Origin: a virus
IMG/VR virus record: IMGVR_UViG_3300018044_000001
Span: 24,573 to 88,572 of that record
Reading direction: 5' to 3' (one strand)
Length of the DNA stretch: 64,000 bases
Position numbers and translations under genes: made by a program
In this document: piece by piece, positions 45,142 through 55,100 of the stretch
Position numbering within the stretch: position 1 is the stretch's first letter
Layout of the letters: each line of letters begins with the position of its first letter
Notes under the pieces: generated by a model
The model's database searches: none
Seen by the model: only the letters and a program-made list of their open reading frames with translations
Told to the model about the DNA's origin: nothing

Positions 45142-46304
45142 GCCGACACGCTATCATAAACGCGCGCCCAATCAACCCACCTATCGTGGATGTCATGCTT
45201 CTCGGCAATGGCCCGATTCTGCTTGCCCTCGGCACGGCGCACCTCTGGATCAAGAAGCTCCTCCAAATGCCGACGCCACGTCACGGGCTTCTCGTTCCTG
45301 GCAATCCTGCCAGCACTGCCCTCGTCAATCAGGATGCGTTGTTCAGGCAATCCGTCAGACACGATGTAGGGCAGACCGCAGGCACAGGCTTCGAGCGACT
45401 TAAGAAACGATTTCGCCTCGTTAAATCGACAGCGCTCAAGCGGCACAAGCACGACGCTCAGGGGGTTCCACAGCTTTGGGTACTGCGCTATGTGCACCAG
45501 CGGCGCGGTCATCACTCGTGGCAAACCAAGAAATCCAGCAGGTCCGGCGGGGTTGACACCTGCCTGATCCCATGCCTTAGCAACGCCGGGCACCTGACTA
45601 TCACCGCCATGATAGAAGGTCCAGCCGAAGTCTTCCAGAAAGTCTGGCAGGACGGACTTGAGCGTCAGTAGATCAGCGGCACGCCACTGTACGCCACCAA
45701 CCCAGCCGACAACTGGCACACCGAAACCAGGATCATGTGGCTGCCAACGCTCTAGGTCGATGACGTTGCGAAGCACATAGACGGGCGGACCTAGCGGCTC
45801 TAGTTCCTTGCGGATGGCATCCGTGGAAACAGTGATCGCACTAGAGGCACCGATGGCCTTGCGATAGTGGTCGCGATTGAATTTCGGATTGGCCTTGGGG
45901 TCTGTCGTGTCGTGCGCAACGTTGGACTTGGGTAGCGCCCAAAATTGGTCGTCACAATCATTGATAACTATCTGCCCGGCAGCACGCGCCTTGCGGATCG
46001 CGTCATCCATGCCCTCTGCCATGTGCCGCTGCAGCCACACCATGTCGGGATCGCGCCAGTTGCCGTCGGTGTCCATCATGCGGAAGTGGCCGTCAGGTGC
46101 ATCGGTCATGCGCCACGACAGGAATGTGTCGTACCCGTGCCTCGCTAGTTCCATGGCTGGCATGGCTCCACGCTGCAAGAAAGTTCCGCCGAAGGTTAGT
46201 GCCTGCTTGCCGGGGATAAACTCCTGTTTACCTGTGATCTGGGAATGCTCGGGGTCGGGAACTGGCTCCGAACTCCAGTCCGTTGAATAAAAGCCGATGA
46301 TCAT
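45138..46304 (-). CDS. GT-B (family 4-like) glycosyltransferase
   Basis: DCDD, ITVST, VGWVG, FNEAKSFLKSLEA...GLP. Confidence 0.82.
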   Translation of the reverse strand: MIIGFYSTDWSSEPVPDPEHSQITGKQEFIPGKQALTFGGTFLQRGAMPAMELARHGYDTFLSWRMTDAPDGHFRMMDTDGNWRDPDMVWLQRHMAEGMDDAIRKARAAGQIVINDCDDQFWALPKSNVAHDTTDPKANPKFNRDHYRKAIGASSAITVSTDAIRKELEPLGPPVYVLRNVIDLERWQPHDPGFGVPVVGWVGGVQWRAADLLTLKSVLPDFLEDFGWTFYHGGDSQVPGVAKAWDQAGVNPAGPAGFLGLPRVMTAPLVHIAQYPKLWNPLSVVLVPLERCRFNEAKSFLKSLEACACGLPYIVSDGLPEQRILIDEGSAGRIARNEKPVTWRRHLEELLDPEVRRAEGKQNRAIAEKHDIHDRWVDWARVYDSVSA

Positions 46305-46678
46305 TCGCGCGGTGGCCATTGCCACGACCCGTTGAACTCGCCCTCCGGCGCATCAACAACATGCACGGTGTCGTTCCCATTCAAAAACGCCTGCCCGCTC
46401 ACCGCCCAGTGCGACAGCGGGAACGACCACTCAATCTCCTGATCCGGCATGTAGTCACGACACACAGCCAGCTCGGGATCGTACACCCACGGCTTGACCG
46501 CCACGATCAGCAGCGGCACGACATCGCCGCGATGATGCTGATGCCCCTCGTGCCACTGCACGCCGCTCTGTCGATGCTCTAGCATGTGCTCGTGTGCACG
46601 TACGCGTAGCCAGTTGGATGCGCTGGCATCTTCGCGGGTAAGACGGTAATTCACTATTCGACCGACTGTCGGCTCCAT
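46301..46678 (-). CDS. Hypothetical phage protein
   Basis: PTVGRIVNY...GSWQWPPR; AAGGAGG SD. Confidence 0.65.
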   Translation of the reverse strand: MEPTVGRIVNYRLTREDASASNWLRVRAHEHMLEHRQSGVQWHEGHQHHRGDVVPLLIVAVKPWVYDPELAVCRDYMPDQEIEWSFPLSHWAVSGQAFLNGNDTVHVVDAPEGEFNGSWQWPPRE

Positions 46679-46792
46679 CGTGTGCCCTCCTTGTTTCGGG
46701 GCGGTTTAGAGTCCGTTAGAGATTCCGCTAGGACCGTTTCTAAGCACTAGGGGCAGTTACGATACGATTTAGGGCGCAAACAGCGTCCGCGG

Positions 46793-47056
46793 TCACGTAC
46801 TACGGGTTTCCTGCCATCCTCGTGCAGCATGCCAGACGCCACCGGCGTCCTGAATCAGCGCAGATACGTAGTGCGGGTCAAGATGTTTCGCGTTGTAACT
46901 GGGCGCGCCACTGCTTTTGCCGCTGCCCCAGTGCAGGTTGGCAATGCCATTGGTAGCAAAATGCTCACAGCAAAACGACCCGTCAGGCATGACGGCGCGG
47001 CAATGAGCCTGAGCCATTGATCGCCACTTGCGACCACAGTGCCCGCAGGTGGTCAC
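46793..47056 (-). CDS. Small zinc-binding protein
   Basis: CGHC...AHC...CCEHF; GTGA overlap. Confidence 0.55.
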   Translation of the reverse strand: MTTCGHCGRKWRSMAQAHCRAVMPDGSFCCEHFATNGIANLHWGSGKSSGAPSYNAKHLDPHYVSALIQDAGGVWHAARGWQETRST

Positions 47057-47316
47057 TTCACCACGCGTCGCAACTTGTAACTGTCACATTTCGGGCAATG
47101 GTTCAGATTCGCGTCCCAGTCGCACTTGTCACAGTGCCAGTAGCGGGTCACTTTGGGCATGCCGCCCGCGACCAAGTACCCGCCAGCCTTGAGCGCCTTC
47201 ACGTCTACGGGATCAGTCACGTTGATGAAGCCCTGCCTGTCCGCGTCGTAACTCTTGCCCGTGGCGCCACTGGTGGCACCCTGGCACCCCGACGATGAAA
47301 AGTACATCTTGGTCAT
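47053..47316 (-). CDS. Small zinc-ribbon protein
   Basis: CDKC...CPKC. Confidence 0.6.
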   Translation of the reverse strand: MTKMYFSSSGCQGATSGATGKSYDADRQGFINVTDPVDVKALKAGGYLVAGGMPKVTRYWHCDKCDWDANLNHCPKCDSYKLRRVVK

Positions 47317-47598
47317 CTAGCAGGTCACCGAGTTGATGTTGACACCAGGATTGGTGATATTGGTCCCCGTGCCACACCAGATCGGAGAGTACCCCGGATA
47401 CGGCGTGTACGGCCACACCTGCCACGGCGTGTAGGGTGTGTACGGATACCACCAGTTAGGTGGCGACGGGTAGCGCCTTCCGCAGCAGGGACAAAACCCG
47501 CATGTGGGGCACAGAGAGTTACTAACGCCGTCCACGACACCACCAGTTGTGATGTCGGGTGTGTAGGTGTTGTTTGAGCAGTTACAAGTCTCTTCCAT
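47317..47598 (-). CDS. Cys/Pro/Tyr-rich hypothetical protein
   Basis: AAGGAG SD; CPTCGFCPCCGR; PYTP repeats. Confidence 0.55.
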   Translation of the reverse strand: MEETCNCSNNTYTPDITTGGVVDGVSNSLCPTCGFCPCCGRRYPSPPNWWYPYTPYTPWQVWPYTPYPGYSPIWCGTGTNITNPGVNINSVTC

Positions 47599-47617
47599 GT
47601 GCGCTCCTTTGTTTGCG

Positions 47618-48256
47618 CTAGACTGGATACCACTGGCCGAGAATCGTCGCTGTGATGCCCGTCGTGTTCACGATGAAGTAATACCCGCTGGGCACGTACG
47701 CGCTGATGGGCACGATGTTGGTGTCCACGGATGTCCAACCAGTCACGATCTTTTGCGCGGCCGGAGATGAAGCAGAACCGACGCCAACGGAGATGGTGCC
47801 TACCGATGCCGCGGTCACATTCAGGTAACAACCAATCACTGCGTCGTATCCGAGTCCATTGTGGACGGCAGCACCAGCAGTGATGGCAACAGATGCAGAA
47901 CTGGCAGCAGGCGACACCGAGGCAGAGACAACAGGATTGAGCGGGTCTGTAACGTTGACAGCAATGCCAGTACCGGCTACGATGGACTCGATGCCCTGAG
48001 TCTGTGTGTTGGTGATCGTGACATTACCTGCACCGCTTGTAGGAGAGACGCCAATGCCAGTACCTGCGATGATCTTCAGAACCTCGCCACCGCCACTAGG
48101 TGGCGTACTGGTCTGTAAGAACGACGTGCCGGGTTGTCCCGCTACACCTCGCTGCGTGCACAGCCACTCGTCGCCGTTCACGTCGGTCGTTGACTGTCCA
48201 ACCTCCCAGATCCCATGTACGGGAGGACCGGCATAGGTGATGTACTTTTCAGGCAT
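47618..48256 (-). CDS. Putative virion accessory protein
   Basis: Repeated I(I/V)AGTGI motifs, beta-rich. Confidence 0.55.
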   Translation of the reverse strand: MPEKYITYAGPPVHGIWEVGQSTTDVNGDEWLCTQRGVAGQPGTSFLQTSTPPSGGGEVLKIIAGTGIGVSPTSGAGNVTITNTQTQGIESIVAGTGIAVNVTDPLNPVVSASVSPAASSASVAITAGAAVHNGLGYDAVIGCYLNVTAASVGTISVGVGSASSPAAQKIVTGWTSVDTNIVPISAYVPSGYYFIVNTTGITATILGQWYPV

Positions 48257-48265
48257 TATGCGCTC

Positions 48266-48604
48266 CTAGCCGTTGATCTGGTTGCCGACGACAGACACGA
48301 CGTATGACGGTGTGCCGGATGAAATGAGCTGGACAATGCTGCCGAACATCCCGTCATGGCGGACGTTGACTGGAATGCCAGCAGCGGCAGCACAAAATAC
48401 GCCGACCGTGCCTGTAGATGCGGCAACAGTTGGCGCTGTGCAAGCGCCGCCCGGTGCTGACACGGTGAAATAAATGGGAGACGCGCCAGTGTCGTTGATG
48501 ACCTGCACGCCAAAGCCACCTTCGGTCAGGTACACGAGGTCGACTGTGCTGGCCTGTAGTGTTGCAGCTGCGGTACGACGCGCTGATATGGAGTTACCGG
48601 GCAT
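48266..48604 (-). CDS. Putative virion accessory protein
   Basis: 112 aa beta-rich; AGGAG SD. Confidence 0.55.
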   Translation of the reverse strand: MPGNSISARRTAAATLQASTVDLVYLTEGGFGVQVINDTGASPIYFTVSAPGGACTAPTVAASTGTVGVFCAAAAGIPVNVRHDGMFGSIVQLISSGTPSYVVSVVGNQING

Positions 48605-48616
48605 AGCGGCTCCTAG

Positions 48617-48727
48617 TTAGTTAGCAGGTGAACCCTCACAACAATGCAGCCGATAACCGCACGAGGGACAGCGCCAGTGGCATTGCACTGGGTCTAGCGA
48701 TTCATAACAGTTGGGGCACTCAATCAT
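48617..48727 (-). CDS. 36-aa zinc-ribbon microprotein
   Basis: MIECPNCYESLDPVQCHWRCPSCGYRLHCCEGSPAN; ATGA overlap with the terminase stop. Confidence 0.6.
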   Translation of the reverse strand: MIECPNCYESLDPVQCHWRCPSCGYRLHCCEGSPAN

Positions 48728-50391
48728 CGGTGCCAACCGGGGATATTGGGAATGCCTTGGTTAGGACCAAAGGCCGCTATCGCATCCATAACAGCCTGGA
48801 CCTGTGCATTCGGACGCTCAGGTGCGCGCGGTGGCTCCCACGGATTGAACGGCTTGGGTGCTTCGCCTTCACGTAATTGCTTGCCGCACTTGGAGCACGT
48901 CGTGGCGGTCGGGTCGTTTGGCTGACCGCAGGCGACGCAAGGTGGCTTCAACCCTTCTAACCATGCAACAGCTCCACTACCGCCGCTGTAGAACGCCAGA
49001 CACCCGGCATCTGCCAAGTCGGGCGACGCTATACCGCGCTTCTTGGCCTGCTCTTTGGACTCCACCTTGATGCGTCCTCGCATGTCGTAGTCGTAGAACA
49101 GTGCAGACACCTGCGAACGCAAGATCGCTATCTCGCGTGGATTACAGTCAGGATGGAAGCTCAGCGAGTTGTCGCGGAACCTATCACGAAATGACCACCA
49201 TAGTTCGTCACGCAACATCACGAAGTCTTCGGGATGATGTGTCTTGCTGCCAGCGTTCACGTCCACAACAGACAAACCAGCAGCACGCATGAAGTCGAGC
49301 ACAGGACCGCCAAGACCGCCAGCGTCGCCCCATATTCTTGCCACGCCGTGTTCGCGTGCTCGATTAGCGGCCCAGCCACCAACTTCAGGACCGCTGGCAC
49401 CGTGTAGCCGCTCTAGGTGAATGATCTGCGAACCACGCCTAATGCACATCGCAGAGTCGTCTGAACCGAACCTAGCGATGTCCAAACCCATCTGCGGGCG
49501 ATCTTTGTCATCTTGTTCAACGACTTCAATCTTCGACCGCTCTACAACCCTGTCAAACCACGCAAGCGGGATAACGATGCGCGTGCCAACGTCTGGGAAC
49601 TGTCCAAGAACCTTGGAAATCCAGCGCGGGTCATCCTCGCCCCACTCGTCACGCCGCTCCTCAACCCATTCACGGGTGACAAGTTTGGGATAAGGAACCA
49701 CGCCTTCAGGTGCCAACAGGTTCGGCGTGTCAAATGCCGAAATGTTGATGCACTTCCATCGTGGATTCTGTGCTGCCTCGTAAAACGGACCTGATGATTC
49801 GATCGGGTTGCCAATCAGCAACGCGGCGGAATCGCCACCAGCAAGCAGACCACTGATGGCTTCAAAGATGTTCGGTTCAACACCGGCCGCTTCGTCAACG
49901 ACGACAAGCACGCGACCTTCGTGATAGCCCTGTAAGTTCGTCGGGTCAACAACAGACAAACCGCGCGCCCAGTTGCTTGGAGTGATGATCCACTCGGGAG
50001 CACGCGGCAACAGACGACCGGGCAGGATTGGATTCCATGCCTTGCGGATCTCGCCCCATAGAATCGTCTCAACCTGATTCCACGTGGTAGCGGTCGTGAT
50101 GGCAATAGCATCAGACGCCGTGGCTACCCATGCGATGACTACTCGGGCTGCGGTCCAGCTCTTGCCACTAGCAAAGCAGGACGGGACAACGACACGGCCA
50201 CGGTCCCACAGTTCACGCATGATTTCCTGCTGAACTGCCCACGGTTGCTCTTGCAGAATGTCGTCAACAAACCCAACAGGGTTGTCGCGATAAGCGTAGA
50301 GCCTGCGGTTACTCTTCTCCGCTGCCAGTTTGCGAAGTTCCGTCAGCCTTTTCAGGCTCTCTGGTGTCGCTTCGATCCGCACGTTCGGCAA
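48724..50391 (-). CDS. terL: Terminase large subunit
   Basis: Walker A ASGKS, Walker B VVVDEA, nuclease GLDIARFGSD and SPDLAD; TTG start with GGAGG. Confidence 0.95.
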   Translation of the reverse strand: MPNVRIEATPESLKRLTELRKLAAEKSNRRLYAYRDNPVGFVDDILQEQPWAVQQEIMRELWDRGRVVVPSCFASGKSWTAARVVIAWVATASDAIAITTATTWNQVETILWGEIRKAWNPILPGRLLPRAPEWIITPSNWARGLSVVDPTNLQGYHEGRVLVVVDEAAGVEPNIFEAISGLLAGGDSAALLIGNPIESSGPFYEAAQNPRWKCINISAFDTPNLLAPEGVVPYPKLVTREWVEERRDEWGEDDPRWISKVLGQFPDVGTRIVIPLAWFDRVVERSKIEVVEQDDKDRPQMGLDIARFGSDDSAMCIRRGSQIIHLERLHGASGPEVGGWAANRAREHGVARIWGDAGGLGGPVLDFMRAAGLSVVDVNAGSKTHHPEDFVMLRDELWWSFRDRFRDNSLSFHPDCNPREIAILRSQVSALFYDYDMRGRIKVESKEQAKKRGIASPDLADAGCLAFYSGGSGAVAWLEGLKPPCVACGQPNDPTATTCSKCGKQLREGEAPKPFNPWEPPRAPERPNAQVQAVMDAIAAFGPNQGIPNIPGWHR

Positions 50392-50845
50392 GTTGCGCCT
50401 CCAACTGTGCTATCTCGGCGTCTATCGCATCCTGTGGGATGATCTGGATAACCTGCCGCGACGGCGCATCGAGTCCAAGCAAACGGGAACGACGTTCCTG
50501 AATCTTGAGCAGGCGGTCCATCGCATTCAAAACGGGGGCGTCGTCGGCAAGCGGCGCACCATCAAGCGTGACGACCTTGCCCTGTTGCACGGTAACGTGT
50601 TGTGCCTCTAGCACCCTGACTGCATTGCGCCACATGTAGTCAAGACGCTCAAGCTCGTGAGCGCGGACTTCCTCTGTTGGTTCTTTGGCGCGACGAGCGA
50701 GACAACGACTGACCGCCTGCATCGCTCCCGTGTGGTCTGCGTAACCAAGCTCAAGTGCGATGGCGTGGTACGTCTGTCCATCGCGTCGCAGTTCAGTAGC
50801 ACGGATCTCGCGCTCAAGTTCTGCCAGCGTCGCCTTATGTGCCAT
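50309..50845 (-). CDS. terS: Terminase small subunit
   Basis: HTH LRRDGQTYHAIALELGY; ERRSRLLGLDAP; directly upstream of terL. Confidence 0.8.
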   Translation of the reverse strand: MAHKATLAELEREIRATELRRDGQTYHAIALELGYADHTGAMQAVSRCLARRAKEPTEEVRAHELERLDYMWRNAVRVLEAQHVTVQQGKVVTLDGAPLADDAPVLNAMDRLLKIQERRSRLLGLDAPSRQVIQIIPQDAIDAEIAQLEAQLAERADRSDTREPEKADGTSQTGSGEE

Positions 50846-50897
50846 TTAGTGAACTTCCCTTGATGTGACTATTAGTGAACTTCCCTTGATGTGACTA
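50846..50897. repeat. Perfect 26-bp tandem duplication abutting the terS start
   Basis: TTAGTGAACTTCCCTTGATGTGACTA x2. Confidence 0.9.
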
Positions 50898-50974
50898 ATC
50901 GACCAGCTAAACGCGCTTGACGAGGAATATCACCAGCAGCACCAACACCACGACGACCAGGATGCCGATGAGCA

Positions 50975-51139
50975 TCAGAACTTCGCCTCAAGCTCCTTGA
51001 TGATCGCCTCAACCTTGGCTGCGACGGCGGTTAGGCGCGCGATGGCGTCCTTGGCCTCAGACTCAGCCTCGGGTAGAATGTCCTCGGCGTCCTTGACGGC
51101 AACTTTCTCGATCTTCTCTAGCCAACCTGCAAACGACAT
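50975..51139 (-). CDS. 54-aa helical protein, followed by a 22-aa hydrophobic peptide ORF (50907-50975)
   Basis: AGGAGG SD; MSFAGWLEKIEK...; coupled to MLIGILVVVVLVLLVIFLVKRV. Confidence 0.55.
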   Translation of the reverse strand: MSFAGWLEKIEKVAVKDAEDILPEAESEAKDAIARLTAVAAKVEAIIKELEAKF

Positions 51140-51151
51140 AATGCCTCCTAG

Positions 51152-51991
51152 TTATCGAACTTCATCTACGAGTCCAAGTTCCAGCGCTTCAGCGCTAGTC
51201 ATCCCAACGTCAGACCGCTTGGATAATCGCTTCAAGAACGTCGCTGTAGTCTTGGGATTCAGTGGCATCGCACGAGAGGCGAGCATATCCCAGACGTTGC
51301 CAGACATCTTGTTGATCAGTTTCAGATTGTCTTCCTGTTGCGATGCTGACTGCGTGGTGTCCTTCTCGAACGACGACGTTGTTTCGTGTAATAACAGCAG
51401 CGCATACTTGCCCATCACGCGAACATCGCCAGTCTGCAATAACACAACACCCATGCTTGCAACCCAACCAAGACCGACTGTCGTGATCTTGTGTCCCTGA
51501 CGGCGTAGATCGCTAAGGAAGTCAACAAGGGTGAATCCAGCAGGGACAGATCCCCCTGGCGAGTTGATGTATAAAGTGATGTCGAGATGCTCATCTGGTC
51601 CGACCTGTCTCGCCCAAGCAGTCAACGTGTTAATGCAAATTTTCACAGAGACATCAACGATAGGATCATCGAACGTGTAGGTGTGATTGAACAAGTCGCT
51701 GACTCTAGCGAAACTTTCCTCGCGCTCAATCTTGGCACGCTGAATTTCTGCGACGGCGTTCTCTGTCTCAGAGTGCTTGATCATCAGCCGGGTCAGTTCC
51801 TCGTCAGCGTACCCGCGCACGATCTCGGCATCGTGTGCCCGTGCGGCTGCGCGCTTCTCTTCTGCGGCAGCAAGCGCCAGTTCAGCCTCGGCGTTCGCTT
51901 TGGCTGCCTCAGCCTGCGCTTTCAACAGGTTCGCCGCTTCCAGCGCCGTACTTGTCTTCGTTTTCGCTGGCGTACGAGCCGTCGTGACCAT
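51152..51991 (-). CDS. ClpP-like protease with N-terminal coiled coil
   Basis: LYINSPGGSV, ASMG, LLHE, EALELGLVD. Confidence 0.88.
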   Translation of the reverse strand: MVTTARTPAKTKTSTALEAANLLKAQAEAAKANAEAELALAAAEEKRAAARAHDAEIVRGYADEELTRLMIKHSETENAVAEIQRAKIEREESFARVSDLFNHTYTFDDPIVDVSVKICINTLTAWARQVGPDEHLDITLYINSPGGSVPAGFTLVDFLSDLRRQGHKITTVGLGWVASMGVVLLQTGDVRVMGKYALLLLHETTSSFEKDTTQSASQQEDNLKLINKMSGNVWDMLASRAMPLNPKTTATFLKRLSKRSDVGMTSAEALELGLVDEVR

Positions 51992-52057
51992 CCATATCCT
52001 TTCCAAAACAGGCGTGCCACAATCGGTCGGCACGCAGGTCCATCGCTAGGTGTCTGT

Positions 52058-52492
52058 CTACGTCAATGCCGATCGGACTAATCCTTTCAACCCAAACCAC
52101 AAGTCAACAGCAGCGTCCACATCTTCGGGCGGGAAGTTGTCATCCTCGTCAGCGCACTCGGGACACTCGCACGGCGGTAGCGGAGGTTCGCCGTCTGCGG
52201 CAGCGAGACAATCATCGCACACCCACTCGTCGGGTTCGTCCTCGGGTTCGATCGGCTCGCCGCACTCTTCGCACACGTCACGACCGAGCAGGTCGTTAAT
52301 CTCGTGATCATTCTCAATGCTGCCGAACAGGTCATCCACCCACTCAAGTGCTGTCCAGATGTCACCCGGCAGCGGGTCAGGTTCGTCAAAGTCCGGCTTG
52401 CGGTGATACTCGTCAGACAGTGTACGCGCCTCTTCAATCGTGAACACGCCTTTGTACGCCAACGCTGCTAAAAGAACATCGGGTGACTTCAT
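52058..52492 (-). CDS. Acidic Cys-containing hypothetical protein
   Basis: GGAG SD, ATGA overlap, CxxC pairs. Confidence 0.55.
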   Translation of the reverse strand: MKSPDVLLAALAYKGVFTIEEARTLSDEYHRKPDFDEPDPLPGDIWTALEWVDDLFGSIENDHEINDLLGRDVCEECGEPIEPEDEPDEWVCDDCLAAADGEPPLPPCECPECADEDDNFPPEDVDAAVDLWFGLKGLVRSALT

Positions 52493-52809
52493 ACCGCTCC
52501 AACCTTTCTCATTTCTTCCAAGGTTACCGCTCGGTTGCTAACGAACTCATCGTTGGGCATCTGCACGCCCCACTCATCAGGATCACTCGGGTGAAAATCC
52601 ACCTCATGAAAACCAAACTGCACATCTTCGGGGTTGATGTCCATGAGTGTCGGCCCCCACCATTCCACGGGTTGCTCGTCTGCATGAACGTAGCGGCGGT
52701 GCGATGTCTTGCGGGATCGCGCGCATTCAGCGTCGCACATGTAGCACTGCGCCGAACCCGGCTCAGCCCAATCCGATAGACACCCAAGGCACAGCCGTCG
52801 ACCGTTCAC
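52489..52809 (-). CDS. Hypothetical protein
   Basis: CxxC pairs; coupled to the next ORF. Confidence 0.5.
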   Translation of the reverse strand: MNGRRLCLGCLSDWAEPGSAQCYMCDAECARSRKTSHRRYVHADEQPVEWWGPTLMDINPEDVQFGFHEVDFHPSDPDEWGVQMPNDEFVSNRAVTLEEMRKVGAV

Positions 52810-52890
52810 ACGTAATCCGCCAGTCCTAAATCATGCACAGTCCCCTCAATTGTTATTCTAGCAATCGGTCGATGTGACACGACAAAAGTG

Positions 52891-53391
52891 CTAGTCAGAG
52901 GCATGTGACACCCCTTTGTCGCGTTCACGCTTGACCATGGCGATGAACTCGCCTCGATCGGGACGACCGGCACGATCCCACCGGCGTCCACACTTCTCAT
53001 CAAACCCATTTCGCACTCCACCAAAGCACGGATCGCCGCATGCCAAACATTCTGGAATGGACCGTGATGCCCTGTCACGCACATCTGCGGGCGTAATCGC
53101 CTTGATGACCTTCGCCGTGTTCAACGCCCTGCGAAGCATATTGGTCAGGGTATTGATTGACATCTCGACAGAATCGTGATGCTGGGACTGGCTTACCGCC
53201 TCCTCCCCTGTAGGGTCAGACCATGGCGGCGACGGTGTACCAACCTCGGGCGACCCATCAGGCATACGCTTACGACGCGGGAGTTGACTCGCTCGCAACA
53301 AGACCTCCGTTATCATGGGGTCCAGTTCGGCGATGACATCTTTCAGATCGTCCCAGTCCTTCCGCGCCTGATTCTGGTCACGCCTACGCAC
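52891..53391 (-). CDS. Hypothetical protein with C-terminal zinc site
   Basis: WSDPTGE, CLACG...C..RW.RAGRPD. Confidence 0.65.
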   Translation of the reverse strand: MRRRDQNQARKDWDDLKDVIAELDPMITEVLLRASQLPRRKRMPDGSPEVGTPSPPWSDPTGEEAVSQSQHHDSVEMSINTLTNMLRRALNTAKVIKAITPADVRDRASRSIPECLACGDPCFGGVRNGFDEKCGRRWDRAGRPDRGEFIAMVKRERDKGVSHASD

Positions 53392-53397
53392 AGTATA

Positions 53398-53427
53398 AAG
53401 TTACACGCTTGTAAGCATTCATGTCAA
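53398..53427 (-). promoter_or_regulatory. Promoter giving a probably leaderless transcript
   Basis: TTGACA-18 nt-TAACTT, 6 nt before the GTG at 53391. Confidence 0.55.
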
Positions 53428-53437
53428 CCGCTCTCAC

Positions 53438-53644
53438 TCACAGTTCGCCGAACCCCCAGTCGTGACGTTTGGGATCATACTCGATCAGCTGCGACCGATG
53501 ATCCATGATGCGAAAGTTGGGACCGAACTCCAGGTACAACATCCGAGCTAGGCGTTGGCCGACATCAAGAACGCACTTACGCTTTTGCCCATAGGTGTTG
53601 ACGTAAACCGTGTACCTGACTTCGTTATCTTGTTCTGCGTTCAT
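53438..53644 (-). CDS. Hypothetical protein
   Basis: GGAGG SD, ATGA overlap. Confidence 0.55.
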   Translation of the reverse strand: MNAEQDNEVRYTVYVNTYGQKRKCVLDVGQRLARMLYLEFGPNFRIMDHRSQLIEYDPKRHDWGFGEL

Positions 53645-53853
53645 TCACCCTCCGTCCATAGTGGCTTCAACCGCAGAAACCGCTGATAGGTCGTACTGCC
53701 AGCCAACACCCGATCGTGACTCTCGGCAAACTGCACCGCGTGTTCCTCACAGACGGGAATCTCGATATTGCCCACAACGGCAACGCACGTCGCTGGTTCG
53801 CCATGAGCGACGTGACCAAGAAGTTCACCTGATCCCACCAAGCACGCCGTCAT
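53641..53853 (-). CDS. Hypothetical protein
   Basis: ATG 53853 overlaps the helicase stop; GGAGG SD. Confidence 0.5.
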   Translation of the reverse strand: MTACLVGSGELLGHVAHGEPATCVAVVGNIEIPVCEEHAVQFAESHDRVLAGSTTYQRFLRLKPLWTEGE

Positions 53854-55100
53854 ACTGGTTCCTCCCAATGTCCGATCCACGGCAATCCTGATGATTGCTT
53901 GTTGCGCTCCAACCAGTCCGGCCAATTGTGCTCGACACGTGACCCGCTGTACGGAGTCAGGGTCAGTTTCCAAACAGGGAATGTCTTATCTGGTGGCGAC
54001 AGACTCATGCGAAGTTCGCCCCATCGCATCCACAGCGACGATCCGAACGGCACGAGGTCTCGCACGCCACCCTGACCCTTTGGTGCGTGATGCTCCAGCA
54101 CCAACGCAAACCCGTAGCGAGTCCGCAGGTCATCGAGTATTTCTTGCATCTGCCCGGCGGCCTCCTCGTCCGTCTCGCGGGTGGAGTGACGACGGAACGA
54201 CTTGTACAGCGGACCGAGACACACCAGTTCGGGCTTGTGTCGACGGAGCACTTCCTCAAACTGCCCACGGTCGGACCGTTTCCGCAGGTCAACGCCACCA
54301 GGACGATGCCACACGGCACCACGACCGTCAGTCTCTCGGTGCCACTGCGTAGCGTGACGACACAGCCGGTCAACCCAGTCCAACAAGTGATCCTCGGGGT
54401 TTTCAAGATCAACCAACAATGTGCGCACGGGTTCCTGTGTGACATCACCGCCCACGAATGGACGCATGCCAGCAGCAGCGCAAACGGCAAGCTCGCGCAA
54501 CAGGAGAGACTTTCCGGCACCCTCTGGACCAACGAACGTGGCCCGCCAGTCGCGCCGCAGCATCCCGCGCAGTATCCATGGCGACCGCTGCTCTGGTGGC
54601 TTGGCTATCAGCTCCTCGAACGTCATGAACCCTAACGGCTGACCACTTGGCACGTGTGAGTCGATGCTGCGCAGGTCGGCAATCAGTTCGTCCACGATCT
54701 CATCGGGGTCTTTCACCTGATTGCCAAGGTCGTCCTGTGCCGCCCACGCCAATGTCATCGCTGTACGTGCTACAGAGTGCCTGCGTACGATGTGCCCGTA
54801 GCGTTCGATAGCACTGACGGCGGGCGCGTTGCTCAGCGCCGAGATGAGGTCCGCTGTCAGCGGCTCCATCCACCCTTGTCGCTTGGCGCAGTCGGCGACC
54901 GTTACGGCGTCGGCACGCTTGCCCTCCGCGAACAGTGCGATGATGGCCGACACGGCCGCTTGGTTCTTCGGTCCGTAAAAGTCCGCTGGTCGCAACCACT
55001 CAGACACCCACCGTGCGGCGTCATTGCTAGCGAGGCAGCAGCCGATAACGGCTGACTCGGCGTCGAAGTCGTGCGGTGCTGAACGGGCAAGTGGAGTCAT
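53850..55100 (-). CDS. DnaB-like N-domain plus RecA-family helicase
   Basis: PHDFDAESAVIG, LRPADFY; GPEGAGKS; LVDLEN; PFGSS. Confidence 0.88.
   Translation of the reverse strand: MTPLARSAPHDFDAESAVIGCCLASNDAARWVSEWLRPADFYGPKNQAAVSAIIALFAEGKRADAVTVADCAKRQGWMEPLTADLISALSNAPAVSAIERYGHIVRRHSVARTAMTLAWAAQDDLGNQVKDPDEIVDELIADLRSIDSHVPSGQPLGFMTFEELIAKPPEQRSPWILRGMLRRDWRATFVGPEGAGKSLLLRELAVCAAAGMRPFVGGDVTQEPVRTLLVDLENPEDHLLDWVDRLCRHATQWHRETDGRGAVWHRPGGVDLRKRSDRGQFEEVLRRHKPELVCLGPLYKSFRRHSTRETDEEAAGQMQEILDDLRTRYGFALVLEHHAPKGQGGVRDLVPFGSSLWMRWGELRMSLSPPDKTFPVWKLTLTPYSGSRVEHNWPDWLERNKQSSGLPWIGHWEEPV

Noticed and set aside
48724-55100. Inteins or further introns in terminase or helicase
   Set aside because: Both have normal length and continuous motifs; I found no group I core or intein signature by eye
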